Virus record (IMG/VR): IMGVR_UViG_3300037485_001485
Location: 1-64,000 of that record
Length of the DNA stretch: 64,000 bases
Strand: one strand, 5' to 3'
From: a virus
Shown here in pieces: positions 9,569 through 19,800 of this stretch (its first letter is position 1; the number at the start of each line of letters is the position of its first letter). The notes under the pieces were generated by a model, which did not search any database, was not told the DNA's origin, and worked only from the letters and a program-made list of their open reading frames with translations. The position numbers and the translations under genes were made by a program.

Positions 9569-9927
9569 GTGATCCACCAGTTCGTACCGTCGCTCTGGAC
9601 GGTGATCGAGTCGAAGGTTCCGCCTGCGAGGGCGATGCCGGTGCCCGCCGCCACGCCGTCGATGGTCCCGCCTGCCGAGGTGACAGTGACCACGTTCGCG
9701 GACGTGTTGACGCGCTTCACGGTGTAGGGGCGGCCTGCCGTTACACCCGCGTCATTCGCGGCGGGGAGCTGGATGGTCTGTGCGCCGACGGGCGCTGCGA
9801 GCACCGTGGTCGTCGCCGCCGCCATGACGTAGGGGCTCGCCGAGGTCGTGACGAGGCCGTAGCTGGGGCCGCCGCCGCCGCCGCCGATGACCGTGTAGCC
9901 ACTGAAGGGGGGGCGAGCCGTGGGCAT
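9565..9927 (-). CDS. Putative fibre/spike protein
   Basis: N-terminal RPPFSGY; TIQLPAA...YTVKR...TIDG...SDGTNWWI fibre-tip pattern. Confidence 0.65.
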   Translation of the reverse strand: MPTARPPFSGYTVIGGGGGGPSYGLVTTSASPYVMAAATTTVLAAPVGAQTIQLPAANDAGVTAGRPYTVKRVNTSANVVTVTSAGGTIDGVAAGTGIALAGGTFDSITVQSDGTNWWIT

Positions 9928-10271
9928 TAGGACGGGCCGATGCTGTTGAGGTAGGTCACGATGCAGTCGCCCGCGCCGCCCGTTGCGTCGAAGATGAGCA
10001 CGCGCCCAGGGGGGTCGAAGTTGCCGCCCGCCCGGTTCGTGTTCGTGCCGATGGCGAGGGTGATCGCCCCCGATGCGGGGATCTCCGTTCCGCCGCCGAT
10101 GGCGATGGCCCCGCCCGCCGTGCCGATGGCGACGGTGAGCACGTTGGCCCCCCGGTTGTAGACGACCAGGGTGTGCGTGTTCTCGTAGGGCTGCGGATTC
10201 GCCGCGACCGATGTGCCGGGCGCCGCGACTTGCACCCGCTGCGAGTCGAGCGTGTTCGTGGAGATAGCCAT
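9927..10271 (-). CDS. Small beta-rich putative structural protein
   Basis: RBS AAGAGGA; all-beta composition; operon start. Confidence 0.6.
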   Translation of the reverse strand: MAISTNTLDSQRVQVAAPGTSVAANPQPYENTHTLVVYNRGANVLTVAIGTAGGAIAIGGGTEIPASGAITLAIGTNTNRAGGNFDPPGRVLIFDATGGAGDCIVTYLNSIGPS

Positions 10272-10362
10272 GTTCCTCTTCTACTCGCGTGGTCCGTACC
10301 GCGCAAAACGTCAAGCGGACGCCGATGGCTGTTGACCTCCCGTTCACCCCTGCGTCCCCTCG

Positions 10363-10391
10363 CGTTCCGATAAGGATACATTATCGTAAGT
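10363..10391. other. dif/att-like tyrosine recombinase site
   Basis: CGTTCCGATAA-GGATACA-TTATCGTAAGT: two 11-bp arms with inverted CGATAA/TTATCG cores in an AT-rich intergenic island. Confidence 0.55.
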
Positions 10392-10481
10392 ATCATAAAG
10401 CACGGTTCTACCTACGTTTCTCACTAAGAAGCCCAGGACGCGGGTGTGAACGCGAAGAACGCCCGGTTTACGCCGCGCGCA

Positions 10482-12236
10482 TCAACGTGCGCGTCGTCGC
10501 ACAAGGAGCGGGGAGGCGGCAGCACGGCGCGGCGGGGTGCGCTTCAGCGCGCGGTAGGCCGCCGAGCGGGCGCGTTGGGTCGTCGCCGGCTTCCCGGCGA
10601 CCATCCCGAAGTCGGCGGCGAGCCGGGCCGTGCGGAGCGTTCCAGGGACGAAGGCGCCCTTCGCCCGGATCTCGATCCGCACGGTGTTCCCCTGCCGGTC
10701 CAGCTTGCGCTGGCGATAGCCCGCCGCCCGAAGCGCACGCTGCACGTCGGGGATGGGCCACCGGGTCGCGTCGAACAGGACCGCGTGAACGATGCGCGGG
10801 TCGGGCAGCTTGGGCAACGGCAGCGCCGCCGTGGGGTTGCTCGCGACGGTGGGGACGCCGTCCTTCAGCGTCTTCATGCGCTCCCAGGCGTCCATGACGT
10901 TGGGGGCATCAACGTGTTCGATGGTGGCGGTGCCGATGTGCGCTGCGACGATTCCGCGCTTTGCATCTACAATCTCGCCGATGCGCTCGTCAATGGTGTC
11001 GTCGGCGTGGAGATACCAGATCGTCGTCGGGCGCGTCTGCCCGATGCGGCGGATGCGATCTTCCGCCTGCTCCTCAGCCGCCGGGGTGTACCACCGCTCT
11101 AAAAACAGGAGGTGGCGAGCCTTCGTCAGCGTGATGCCTTCCTTCGCGGCCATGCTCCCCAGGAACAGGGGCACCTTGCCCGCTTGGAAGGCGTCGATGG
11201 CGACCTGACGCTGTTGCCGCGAGTGTGTGCCGTCGAGCCGGACGAACGGAATGGACAGGCGGGACAGGGCTTGACCCAGGAGATCGAGCACGTCGGAGAA
11301 CATGCCGAAGATCACGACGGGCTCCCCCCGCTTGACCATGTTCGCGGCCCACGCCGCCGCACCGGGGACTTTGCCGCGCCCGAGGATGCGCCGGAGGTAG
11401 GCCACCTTCGCCAGCGGTTCCGCCGCCAAGGCGCGCGTCGCCGCGCTCTCCGCAGCCGCCGCGTCCTCCAGCACGCGAGGGAGGTAGTCGTCCAGCCACT
11501 CGCTGAACTCCTCCTTGGCCTTGTCGTACTCCATGCGAATGTCGTCGGGGATCGTCGTCTTCAGGGTGACCCGGCGCTTCGGCGGGATGTCGGGTGCCAC
11601 GTCCTCCAGCAGTCGCCGCAACATGACCGGGGGCGTCGGCCCGAACATGCTCCGCAGCGTCTCCAGTTCGTCGGCGTGGTTCACCAGCGGCGTGCCCGAG
11701 AGGAGCAGGACGTGCGGCGCCGGGGCACAGATCGCCTGCAAGGCCCGTCCCCGCTGCGTCTCCTCGCCGGCCTTCGCGTAGTGCGCCTCATCCGCGACGA
11801 TGCACCGGAAGCCCCGAGAGAGGAGGTCAGGGAGCCGCGCCGCGAGCACGTCCCAGGGACAGATCGTGATGTGCGTCCCCTTCGGGATGGCGCCGTGAAA
11901 GCCCTCGACAACGTGGACCTTCGCGCCGGGAACCCACCGCGCCGCTTCCCGCCGCCAGTTCCACGCGACCGACGACGGGCACACGACCAGCATCGGGCAG
12001 AGCTTCGCGGCGTTTTCCCGCATGGCAACGAGCACTTGCGGCGTCTTCCCGCAGCCGGGGGCATCGGCGAGGAGCACCCGCCAGCCGTTCGCCGCGAGGA
12101 AGTCCACGCCGTCGCGCTGAAACGGCCGCAGCTCCGGCGGGGGCGCTTTCGGGGCGACGCGAGCACGGAGAGCAGACGATCTGGACTTCGCGGCGTGAGC
12201 GAGACGAAGAGCTGCGGTACGGCGGTCAACGGCCAT
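10482..12236 (-). CDS. SNF2-family helicase with an extra C-terminal domain
   Basis: LRPFQ, DAPGCGKT, DEAH, LSGTP, QAEDRIRRIGQ; likely start MAVDRR at 12236. Confidence 0.9.
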   Translation of the reverse strand: MAVDRRTAALRLAHAAKSRSSALRARVAPKAPPPELRPFQRDGVDFLAANGWRVLLADAPGCGKTPQVLVAMRENAAKLCPMLVVCPSSVAWNWRREAARWVPGAKVHVVEGFHGAIPKGTHITICPWDVLAARLPDLLSRGFRCIVADEAHYAKAGEETQRGRALQAICAPAPHVLLLSGTPLVNHADELETLRSMFGPTPPVMLRRLLEDVAPDIPPKRRVTLKTTIPDDIRMEYDKAKEEFSEWLDDYLPRVLEDAAAAESAATRALAAEPLAKVAYLRRILGRGKVPGAAAWAANMVKRGEPVVIFGMFSDVLDLLGQALSRLSIPFVRLDGTHSRQQRQVAIDAFQAGKVPLFLGSMAAKEGITLTKARHLLFLERWYTPAAEEQAEDRIRRIGQTRPTTIWYLHADDTIDERIGEIVDAKRGIVAAHIGTATIEHVDAPNVMDAWERMKTLKDGVPTVASNPTAALPLPKLPDPRIVHAVLFDATRWPIPDVQRALRAAGYRQRKLDRQGNTVRIEIRAKGAFVPGTLRTARLAADFGMVAGKPATTQRARSAAYRALKRTPPRRAAASPLLVRRRAR

Positions 12237-12244
12237 GATCCAGC

Positions 12245-12670
12245 CTAACGTGCGGCGCGAAAGACCTGTTCCAGCAGTTCGCGGACGCTGGGCACGAACC
12301 GCATGTGCGGGAGATCGTCCTGGCTGATCCACGCATACCCGTCGCTCTCCCACGTCACGACGGGCTCGCCCTTCCACTTCGTCGCGACGAAGGCGTCCAG
12401 CACAAACCCTTCGGGGTCGTTCCACGTCGTGAGGTAGCGGAGGTCGGTCGGCGAAAGGCTGATCTCCTCCTCGCACTCGCGGCGAGCCGCGTCCTCTGCC
12501 GTCTCCCCCGCGTCGATCCCCCCGCCGGGGAGGTTCCAGTAGTTCGGCTTCCACGGGGCCGTGATGCCGCGCTTCAGGACGAGCGCCTGGAGGCGCGGTA
12601 CGCCCTTCACGGCGCGCTCTTGGACGAGGATGGTGGCAGCGGTGTCGCTGCCGTTGCGGCGCACTTTCAT
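12245..12670 (-). CDS. NUDIX hydrolase
   Basis: Nudix box GGGIDAGETAEDAARRECEEEISL. Confidence 0.9.
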   Translation of the reverse strand: MKVRRNGSDTAATILVQERAVKGVPRLQALVLKRGITAPWKPNYWNLPGGGIDAGETAEDAARRECEEEISLSPTDLRYLTTWNDPEGFVLDAFVATKWKGEPVVTWESDGYAWISQDDLPHMRFVPSVRELLEQVFRAAR

Positions 12671-12679
12671 GGGGATCTC

Positions 12680-15600
12680 CTAAACGGGGCGGCCGACGAG
12701 CGCGAGCACGCCGTCGCCGACGGCGCGAGCGCGGATGCTGCCGGGGTAGAAGCCCGCCGAGCCGTAGACCTCGACGCGCCAGTTCGCGCCGGCCGCCGTG
12801 ACTTGCACGCCTTCCATCCCCCGCTGCACAAGCCAGTTCCGCACGGCGCCCGGCCCCCACTTCGCGCGGGGGAAGAGGAAGGCGTGGACCTCGCGCATCG
12901 TGAGCCGCGTCGCCGGGGCGGGGTTGCGGTGGACCGCGATGCCCGCCGCCGGACCCACGGGCTTCGCCCCGGTGGGGTAGGCGGGCCGCGCCCGAATCCA
13001 CGCCCACAACTGCGGTTCCGCGAGGCGGGCGAGGTCGTGGACAAGGATCACTTCGGCTTTCAGGGGCTTTTCGTCCACCGTGACGAAGACGACGGCGCCT
13101 TCGCTCTGAAAGGTAGCGAGCGCACCCCCGCTGATCGTAGAGCCGGGAAGCAGGACGAAGCGCGGGTCGCGCGTGTTTGCCCGCAGGCAGAACGTGTGCT
13201 GGGTGCCATAGCCCCACAGGGGAGCCGACCACTCCGACGCCGTGAACTTGGAGAACGTCGGGTCGTGGTAGTCCACGCAGAACCCCTCGACGTTCGCCCA
13301 CGGCTGCGCGGCCCAATTGGGGTACGGCATCTTTCCGTTCCAGCCGTTGCCGCCCTCGATGCGCTGCTTCGTGTTCCAGCCGCGCACGGTATCCGTGTCA
13401 GAGTAGGAGCCGAGCGAGGTCAACTGGCCCGCGTAGGACGACGGGGGCGTGAGGTCGCTCGACGCCTGCCACGGCTGGCCTACGTCGGCGCGGAACCATC
13501 CGCTGCCCGACTTCTGCTTGTTCAGCCACGCCTTCATCGCCCCCCAAGGGGAGATGGCCCCGCTCCCGATGGTGCCCGCCGCCTGCATGGTTTCGATCTG
13601 CGAAAGCCCATCGGCGTTGACCCGAAGGGACTGCGACGGATCGTTCGTCTGAAGCTCCGTGAAGGAAAGGCCGCGCACGACGCTCCGCTCGCCGGGGTCG
13701 ATGTAGTTCTTCCAGAGGCCCGCCGCGCGAGCCGCGACGAGGTAGCGGAGCCACTGCGCGAGGCTCCCCGAGGTTTCGGGGCGAGGTGTGCCCCCGGAGC
13801 CGTACATGCTGCTCAGTTTGATGTCCATCTGGGAGCCGACCTGGGTTCCGGCGCTGGGCTTCGTTCCACTCCCGAGCGCCGCCTTCAGGGCTTCCGACAC
13901 CGCCTTGATGATGCCGACTTCTTCGTTTGTGCCCGGTGCAAAGGAGCCATCCGCCGGGTTGCGCTTCCGGGGGAGGCAGTCGTGAAGGGGCAAGCCCGCC
14001 GCTTCCAGCAGTTCCGCGTCCTGAAGGTCACGGAACGACGGGCGCGGGTTGCGGAGCACGTCGCGAACGACGGCGCGGTAGCGTTCCGGGTTCGACCGGA
14101 ACCCGCCGAGGATCGCCGGGTTCTTCTTCAGGAGGGGCGACATAGCCGTCGCAGGGATGGGCGGAACGATCTTGCTTCCCATGTAGGGAATGCCCGTCTG
14201 CGCGAGCATCGCCTGCAACGCCTTCGTCGTGAACAGGGCGGCGACGAGCGGGTCGATGCCGAGGGCTTCGGCGAGCATTTCGACCTGTGCCGATGCCGTC
14301 TGTGCCTTGACCTCCGCGTTGTCGATGCGCTTGCCTTCGATCCACTCCTTGTAGGTGCCGCCGTCCTCGACCTTGCCCTTGCCCAAAAAGAGCAGGTGGA
14401 CCGCCAAAAGCGTACCCTTGGAACTCATGCCCTTGGCGTCGAGCACGAGCTTCTCCGGCGTGCGCGGAGTCGAGCCGATGACACCCGTTCCGGGCTGGAT
14501 CTTCTCGTAGGATCCGCTCGCCAGCCGCACGGCGTAGACCGAGCCGCCCGAAAAGTCGGTGCGGGTCAGGGTGCCGATGGGCAGTTCCGAGTAGACCGCC
14601 AGCGTCGGCGCGACCTGCACGGCAGGCCAGCCGAGGGACTTCGGCGCCGGGAACACGATGCCCTGCTGGGCCGCCGCTTGCGGGTCGGACACGGGCTTGA
14701 AGTAGGTGTCCCAGCTTGGATAGGCGTAGTAGCGGACAACGCCGCCGACGATGTGCGAGCCGTTGGGCAGCGCCGCGATCTGCGCGTTCGTGGTCAGTTC
14801 CGCGCCCGTGACGATGGGGACGCCGCCCACCACGGTCGGGTCGGGCAGACCGGGGGGCGGCTGGACGTTTACCTTCCCGCCGCTCTCATGCGCGTAGACG
14901 AGGAAGTAGACCATCGCCTGTGCAATAGTGCTCGCCACCATGCCCGCCGCGTCCGGAACCGCGATGGTGACGATCTTTTCGCTCTGGAAGATGGAGTCGG
15001 CGAAGAAGCCGAGCGTGACGGTGTTCTTGCCCGCTTCCATGATCCGAACCGAGGCGTCGTAGTTCGGCTCCAGCATCATCGAAGCGAAGCCCGCCCCCAC
15101 GTCGGTGACCACGCCCTTCACCTTTGACGCCGCTTCCTTGATCAGCGGGGCGAGGAGGGCGAGGTTGTCCCCAACCGAGACGATCTGCTTGCTCTTCGGG
15201 CCGGCGGTGACCGGCGCCGTGACCTCCGCTGCCGCTGCCGCTGCCGCCGTCTTCGGGGCCTTCGGCGCCTTCGGCGCCTTCCCCACCGTCGAGGGGTCGG
15301 AGTAGCCTTCGCCCCACGCCGTCGCGACGCTCTGGCCCAAGGAAGTCACTTCATACGCTTTCTTGCCCGTCGCGGAAGCGCCCGCGTAGGTGAACAGGCC
15401 GAGGTCGGCGAGCTTCGACAAGTAGGCGCCGCGCTGCGGGATCGTGCCCTGGTAGTCGAACGCGCTGCTGGACCCCGAAGAAGCGGCGTACATCTGTTGC
15501 TTTGCCGCTTTCTCCGCGACGTGGCCGAACAGGGCTTTTGTCATAAGGAGCTTCACGGCGTCGCCCTTGATGTAGGCGTGGAGCGCCTGCAAGGCCGCGA

Positions 15601-16819
15601 CGACGCCGGGGCTCATCCCGCCTACGGAGGCGGCGGGCGCCGGGGCGGCGGGCGCCGCAGCCGTCGGGGTGGACGTGGCGCCGACGAGCGACGCCAGCGG
15701 GGGCACCGCGAAAACCGCGATGGGCACCTTCAAGTTGGTTTTGTACCAGTCGAAGCCCCCCGGAAGCTCCACGACGGCGGCGGCCATCTGCGCGAACTCC
15801 GCGAACTCCGACTCGACCTTCTGGTTGGACGAATAGGATCCGTATTCGGGATGCAACTCCGACCAATCGCCCACGGAGTAGTGATACCAGACGGTCTTCT
15901 CGCCGTTCGGAGAGAACACGACGAGGACGGTGCCGCTGTCCATGCCAACGGGAAGCGTCTTCCACGCCGTTTTCTTCGGCAGCACCTTGCCCCACGGCCC
16001 CGAAGAGGCGGCGGGCACCGGGACAGCGGCGGGAGGGCCTACCGGCGCGAGATTCACGACGGGGCCGATGTAGCTGGACCCCAGCGACTCGGCCTTTCCC
16101 GCGTAGAACACGGCCTTGGCCGACGCGCACATCGCCGCGAACTCTTTTTCGGTGAGGTACGTTTCCTTGTAGGCTCCGGGCTGGGTGTCGGCCGGACCTC
16201 CGACCTTGGACCAATCCCCGGATGCGTAGTGGAACCACGCGGTCAGGTCTTCGGCCGGGTCGGTCGAGTAGACGACGAGGATGGCCCCACCGCCCTTCTG
16301 CACCCGCGTCGGGAGCGCCTGGATCTGCGCTTCGGTCATCGGGGGCAACCACGCCGGGGGCGCGGGCACCGGGGAACCGGGCGCCGCAGCGGCGGCGATC
16401 ATCGACGCAAAGGCCACCGCGTCCCACCCCGAGACGCCGAGGTTCTGCACCGTGCCGCCCCCGGCGAGCGCCGCGTCCACGAAGCTCTGCATCTTTTCTT
16501 CGGTGAATGCGGCGCTGGCGTATTCACCGCTCTCCAGATTGATCTGCGACCAATCACCGAACTTGTAATGGAACCACGCGATCTTTGTCCCGTCGGACGT
16601 CGTGACGAGGAGTAGCACGCCCTTCTTGTTGGGATCCCCCGGCAGACCCGCGTCCGGCAGGCTCGTCACGTCCAGCGCAACGAGTGCGGCGGCGGGCGCC
16701 GAGGCGGCGAGCCCAACGAGGGCGAGCAGGCCCTTCGACGTGAGCAACGCCAGGAGGGCGTCCGCGACGCCGCTATCGTAGGGGTTGCGGCGAGTGGGGC
16801 GTAGCTGAGAGGCGCGCAT
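12680..16819 (-). CDS. 1379-aa multidomain protein (3x WxHY-GDWS repeats, possible ADP-ribosyltransferase-like domain)
   Basis: Long ORF with Ala/Pro linkers, internal repeats, and VVRGLS...FT..EW.A...EVILV pattern. Confidence 0.75.
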   Translation of the reverse strand: MRASQLRPTRRNPYDSGVADALLALLTSKGLLALVGLAASAPAAALVALDVTSLPDAGLPGDPNKKGVLLLVTTSDGTKIAWFHYKFGDWSQINLESGEYASAAFTEEKMQSFVDAALAGGGTVQNLGVSGWDAVAFASMIAAAAAPGSPVPAPPAWLPPMTEAQIQALPTRVQKGGGAILVVYSTDPAEDLTAWFHYASGDWSKVGGPADTQPGAYKETYLTEKEFAAMCASAKAVFYAGKAESLGSSYIGPVVNLAPVGPPAAVPVPAASSGPWGKVLPKKTAWKTLPVGMDSGTVLVVFSPNGEKTVWYHYSVGDWSELHPEYGSYSSNQKVESEFAEFAQMAAAVVELPGGFDWYKTNLKVPIAVFAVPPLASLVGATSTPTAAAPAAPAPAASVGGMSPGVVAALQALHAYIKGDAVKLLMTKALFGHVAEKAAKQQMYAASSGSSSAFDYQGTIPQRGAYLSKLADLGLFTYAGASATGKKAYEVTSLGQSVATAWGEGYSDPSTVGKAPKAPKAPKTAAAAAAAEVTAPVTAGPKSKQIVSVGDNLALLAPLIKEAASKVKGVVTDVGAGFASMMLEPNYDASVRIMEAGKNTVTLGFFADSIFQSEKIVTIAVPDAAGMVASTIAQAMVYFLVYAHESGGKVNVQPPPGLPDPTVVGGVPIVTGAELTTNAQIAALPNGSHIVGGVVRYYAYPSWDTYFKPVSDPQAAAQQGIVFPAPKSLGWPAVQVAPTLAVYSELPIGTLTRTDFSGGSVYAVRLASGSYEKIQPGTGVIGSTPRTPEKLVLDAKGMSSKGTLLAVHLLFLGKGKVEDGGTYKEWIEGKRIDNAEVKAQTASAQVEMLAEALGIDPLVAALFTTKALQAMLAQTGIPYMGSKIVPPIPATAMSPLLKKNPAILGGFRSNPERYRAVVRDVLRNPRPSFRDLQDAELLEAAGLPLHDCLPRKRNPADGSFAPGTNEEVGIIKAVSEALKAALGSGTKPSAGTQVGSQMDIKLSSMYGSGGTPRPETSGSLAQWLRYLVAARAAGLWKNYIDPGERSVVRGLSFTELQTNDPSQSLRVNADGLSQIETMQAAGTIGSGAISPWGAMKAWLNKQKSGSGWFRADVGQPWQASSDLTPPSSYAGQLTSLGSYSDTDTVRGWNTKQRIEGGNGWNGKMPYPNWAAQPWANVEGFCVDYHDPTFSKFTASEWSAPLWGYGTQHTFCLRANTRDPRFVLLPGSTISGGALATFQSEGAVVFVTVDEKPLKAEVILVHDLARLAEPQLWAWIRARPAYPTGAKPVGPAAGIAVHRNPAPATRLTMREVHAFLFPRAKWGPGAVRNWLVQRGMEGVQVTAAGANWRVEVYGSAGFYPGSIRARAVGDGVLALVGRPV

Positions 16820-16821
16820 GG

Positions 16822-19800
16822 CTATGCTCCGACGGGAAGCATGAAGGTGATTCCGCTGCCCGACTTGCCGAGGGCAGGGGGCAAAGCGGCAAAGAACGCC
16901 GAGAGGTCTGTGCTCTCACCGACCCGGATGACGATGGCGGCCCAGTTTTCCCCTTCGGTCAGGGCCACGGTCGAAATGTCGTCCCCCGAGGTGACGACCG
17001 CGCCCCCGAGACGCACAGTGCGCCAGCCCGAGGGGGTGCGCTGGTAGATCAGCATGGACGCCGCGCTGCCGGAGAGTGTGCGTTCGCCGAAGACGATGAC
17101 GCTCCCTGCGGGCAGGGCATCGAGCTGCCCGGTGGTCGTGAGCGACGTACCCGTTGCAATGGGCGCCGTCGGGGGCGCCATCGGGGGCGCCTTCGTCAGC
17201 CCGTAGTTCGCCATCGAGAGCCGGAGGAACGCGAGGATCGCGCCCGCGACCGTCGAGGCGGTGTCGGGCTTGATCTTGACGTAGGTGAACTCCGGCCCGT
17301 CCTTCAGCGTCACCTTCAGCTTGCCCCCCACCAGGGCGAACGTCGTGACGTAGGCGTGTGACGTCGTCCCTTCATGCAGGAAGAACGTCAGGGTAGGCGC
17401 TACCCCGAACTGAGCCATGCCGGCCGAGACTCCCATGAAGCCCTTCTCTTTCACGCGGCCGAGCACGGCGGCGGCGAGGGCGTGAACTTCGTCCAGCGTG
17501 ATCGTCGGGGCGACGGGCGCCGGAGCCGCAGCGGCGGGCACCGCATACTTCGCATATAGCTCAGTAACCGGCGTTTCACCGACAACATTCCCCACAAGCA
17601 GGATCTCGTAGGTGCCATAGGGAAGATCGCCCGTCTCTCCCACCCACCCGGCGGCGTTGAACCGCTGGAACTTCCCCCCGCTCAGGCCGCCGATGTAGAA
17701 GTCGGTGCCGCCCACGCTCTTCAACAGCGTATAAACGCCTTGCTTGCTGCCTTTCTTCAGGACCGACTCCGTGCCGATCTGACCGACAAAGGGAGGCGTC
17801 GGTTCCGTCGGCTGCGCGGCCGTCGGTTGCGGCGCGGCCGTCGGCGTTTCCGAGGAGAGCATCCCCGCGAGCCAGCCGGCGCGGCCCTTCAGCGTCGTCG
17901 CCAGATCCCCACGCTGGGCATAGTCGAGGGTCGCGGCGAACCCTGGGTCTGCAACGAGGCTCCCGATGCGCTTGATCATCTCCGCGCCGTTCGTCGGGGT
18001 CGCGCCATCGAAGACCTTGAAGAGCGTCGGGTTCTGCCCCGCCGAGAGGAAGTTCCCCCACGTCTGCGCCGCGTTCGTACTCCAATCAGACGCACTCTTC
18101 TTCACGCTGCCGGTCGAGCGGTAGTCGAGCGCGGCGCCTTGATCGACGCGGAGGTAGTGCTTCGGGTTCTGGTCCCCGAAATCGTCGGTGACGAGCAGGT
18201 TGTCGTACTTCGTCGCCGGTCCCTTTCCGACCACGTCGTAGTTCACCATCCACACGTCGGCGGGGAACTCGCGGCGAAGGAACTGGCGTTCGGCAGGGTC
18301 GAAGTTGCCGCTCGTCCGCTGGATGTAGCCGCCCTTCCACGGGGAGAGGAGCGCCAGCGCGTAGCCGCTGCCCTTGCTCCCGAGGAGCGAGGCGTTGACG
18401 ACGCGAACGTCGGGCGCGTTGATGCCGAGGAGCCGGTAGAGGTGCGACGCGAGGGCTTCGGTCTGCGCGTGCTCCGTGTTCTTGAAGAACTTGACGTAGA
18501 CCGTCTCCCCGGTGAGCGGGTCGGTCATCTTCCCGCCGGGGAAGCTGCCAAGCTGCGCGCCCTTCGTCGCATTCGCCAGCCGCTTCGCCACGGCCCCCGC
18601 GCCGCCGACGTGCCCCCAGATGGGATCGGGCGCGAGGGAGTAGGGAAGCGCGGATGCGGGCCACGGGTAGGGGTCTACGGACGTCACGGACTGCGCGTAG
18701 GTCGGCGTCGGGGCCGGGGCCGCGACGGGCATCGGGGCCGGCGCCGGGGCCGGCGCCGGGGCCGCGACGGGTGCCGTGGACTTCTTGCCCCCTGCGAGAA
18801 CCTGCTGGGCCGCCGTGTAGTAGGCCGAGAGCATGATCGCGTCGTCGGCTTCCGGTCCCGTGCCGCTGCCCTCGTTGACGAGGAGGACTTCCATGTCGAG
18901 CGTGTCATACACGTCGTCGGCGAAGAGCCCCGGCATGAAGTCGCCGTACTCCGTCAACTCGCGCCAGAGGCCCGAGGCGTCGCGGACGAAGAACGTCTCA
19001 CCGGGGGACGCGCCCCCCGTCACGATGGAACCGTCGGGGAGGGCGTCGATCTCCGTCATGCTCGACACGTCCGTCAGGCCCGCCGTCGAAGTCGCGAAGG
19101 TCGTCGGGGCGCTGGGCGCCGACAGCGTGGCCTTCAGCGCGGACACCGCGAGGTAGGGCTTGAAGGCGTTGGCGATGTCGGCAGCGCGCGACACGACGAA
19201 CGACGTGAGCGACCCCGAGGGAATGGGGTACTCCAGCTTCGTCTTTGGCTCGCCCCCCGCCATGATCAGAGCGATGAGGACGCCGCCCTTCGCTTCCACC
19301 ATCACGCCGTTGCCGGGGGACGCCACCACTGTCCACGGCCCGACCGATGTGCCGCTCGCCGTCGTGCTGGGGAGGAGTGCGGCGATCTTCTTCGCGATGT
19401 TTTCGACCATGCCGACGGACGAGGACGCGGCCGTGAACGTAAACGCTGAGGCGACGGGGGCCGGGGCCGGGGCCGACACGCCCATCTTCGCTACCACGGC
19501 GCTCCGGAGTGACTGCGCGCGTGCCGCGAGGTAGCCCCCGAGGGTCATGCCCACCGGGATGCCCGCCGTCATCGTGTAGCCCGCCCACCCGGCCAGCACG
19601 TCCACGAAGGGCTTGACTGCCGGGAGCACCAGGGCGTCCGCCACCGGAAGCATGAGGAACGGGCTGGCCTTCGCCTTCGCGAACACGACGGGCGTCTTGT
19701 CGTTCTTCGGCACGAAGAGCATCGAGTCGAGGTCGGGCGCCGCGTTCGTGCCGGGGAGCGGGAGCTTCAGCGAGCCCGATGCGCGGAACATGAGCGAGGC

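Noticed and set aside
10286-10314. TTGACG upstream of 10271 as another promoter-family copy
   Set aside because: No -10 element at 16-17 nt spacing and no GGCAA spacer.
12237-13316. N-terminal extension of the SNF2 ORF in the ORF track (10482-13316)
   Set aside because: It overlaps the NUDIX and giant genes in another frame and has Arg/Gly shadow composition. The real start is probably 12236.
12305-15127. Long plus-strand ORFs (also 25815-28421, 38257-40641, 17740-19449)
   Set aside because: Antisense shadows of real genes, caused by stop-codon scarcity in GC-rich DNA.
18700-18780. Short tandem DNA repeats (also about 15250, 36260, 37020, 38880, 45840)
   Set aside because: They encode low-complexity AP, KAP, KP, TAT or D/E linkers within genes and are not independent elements.
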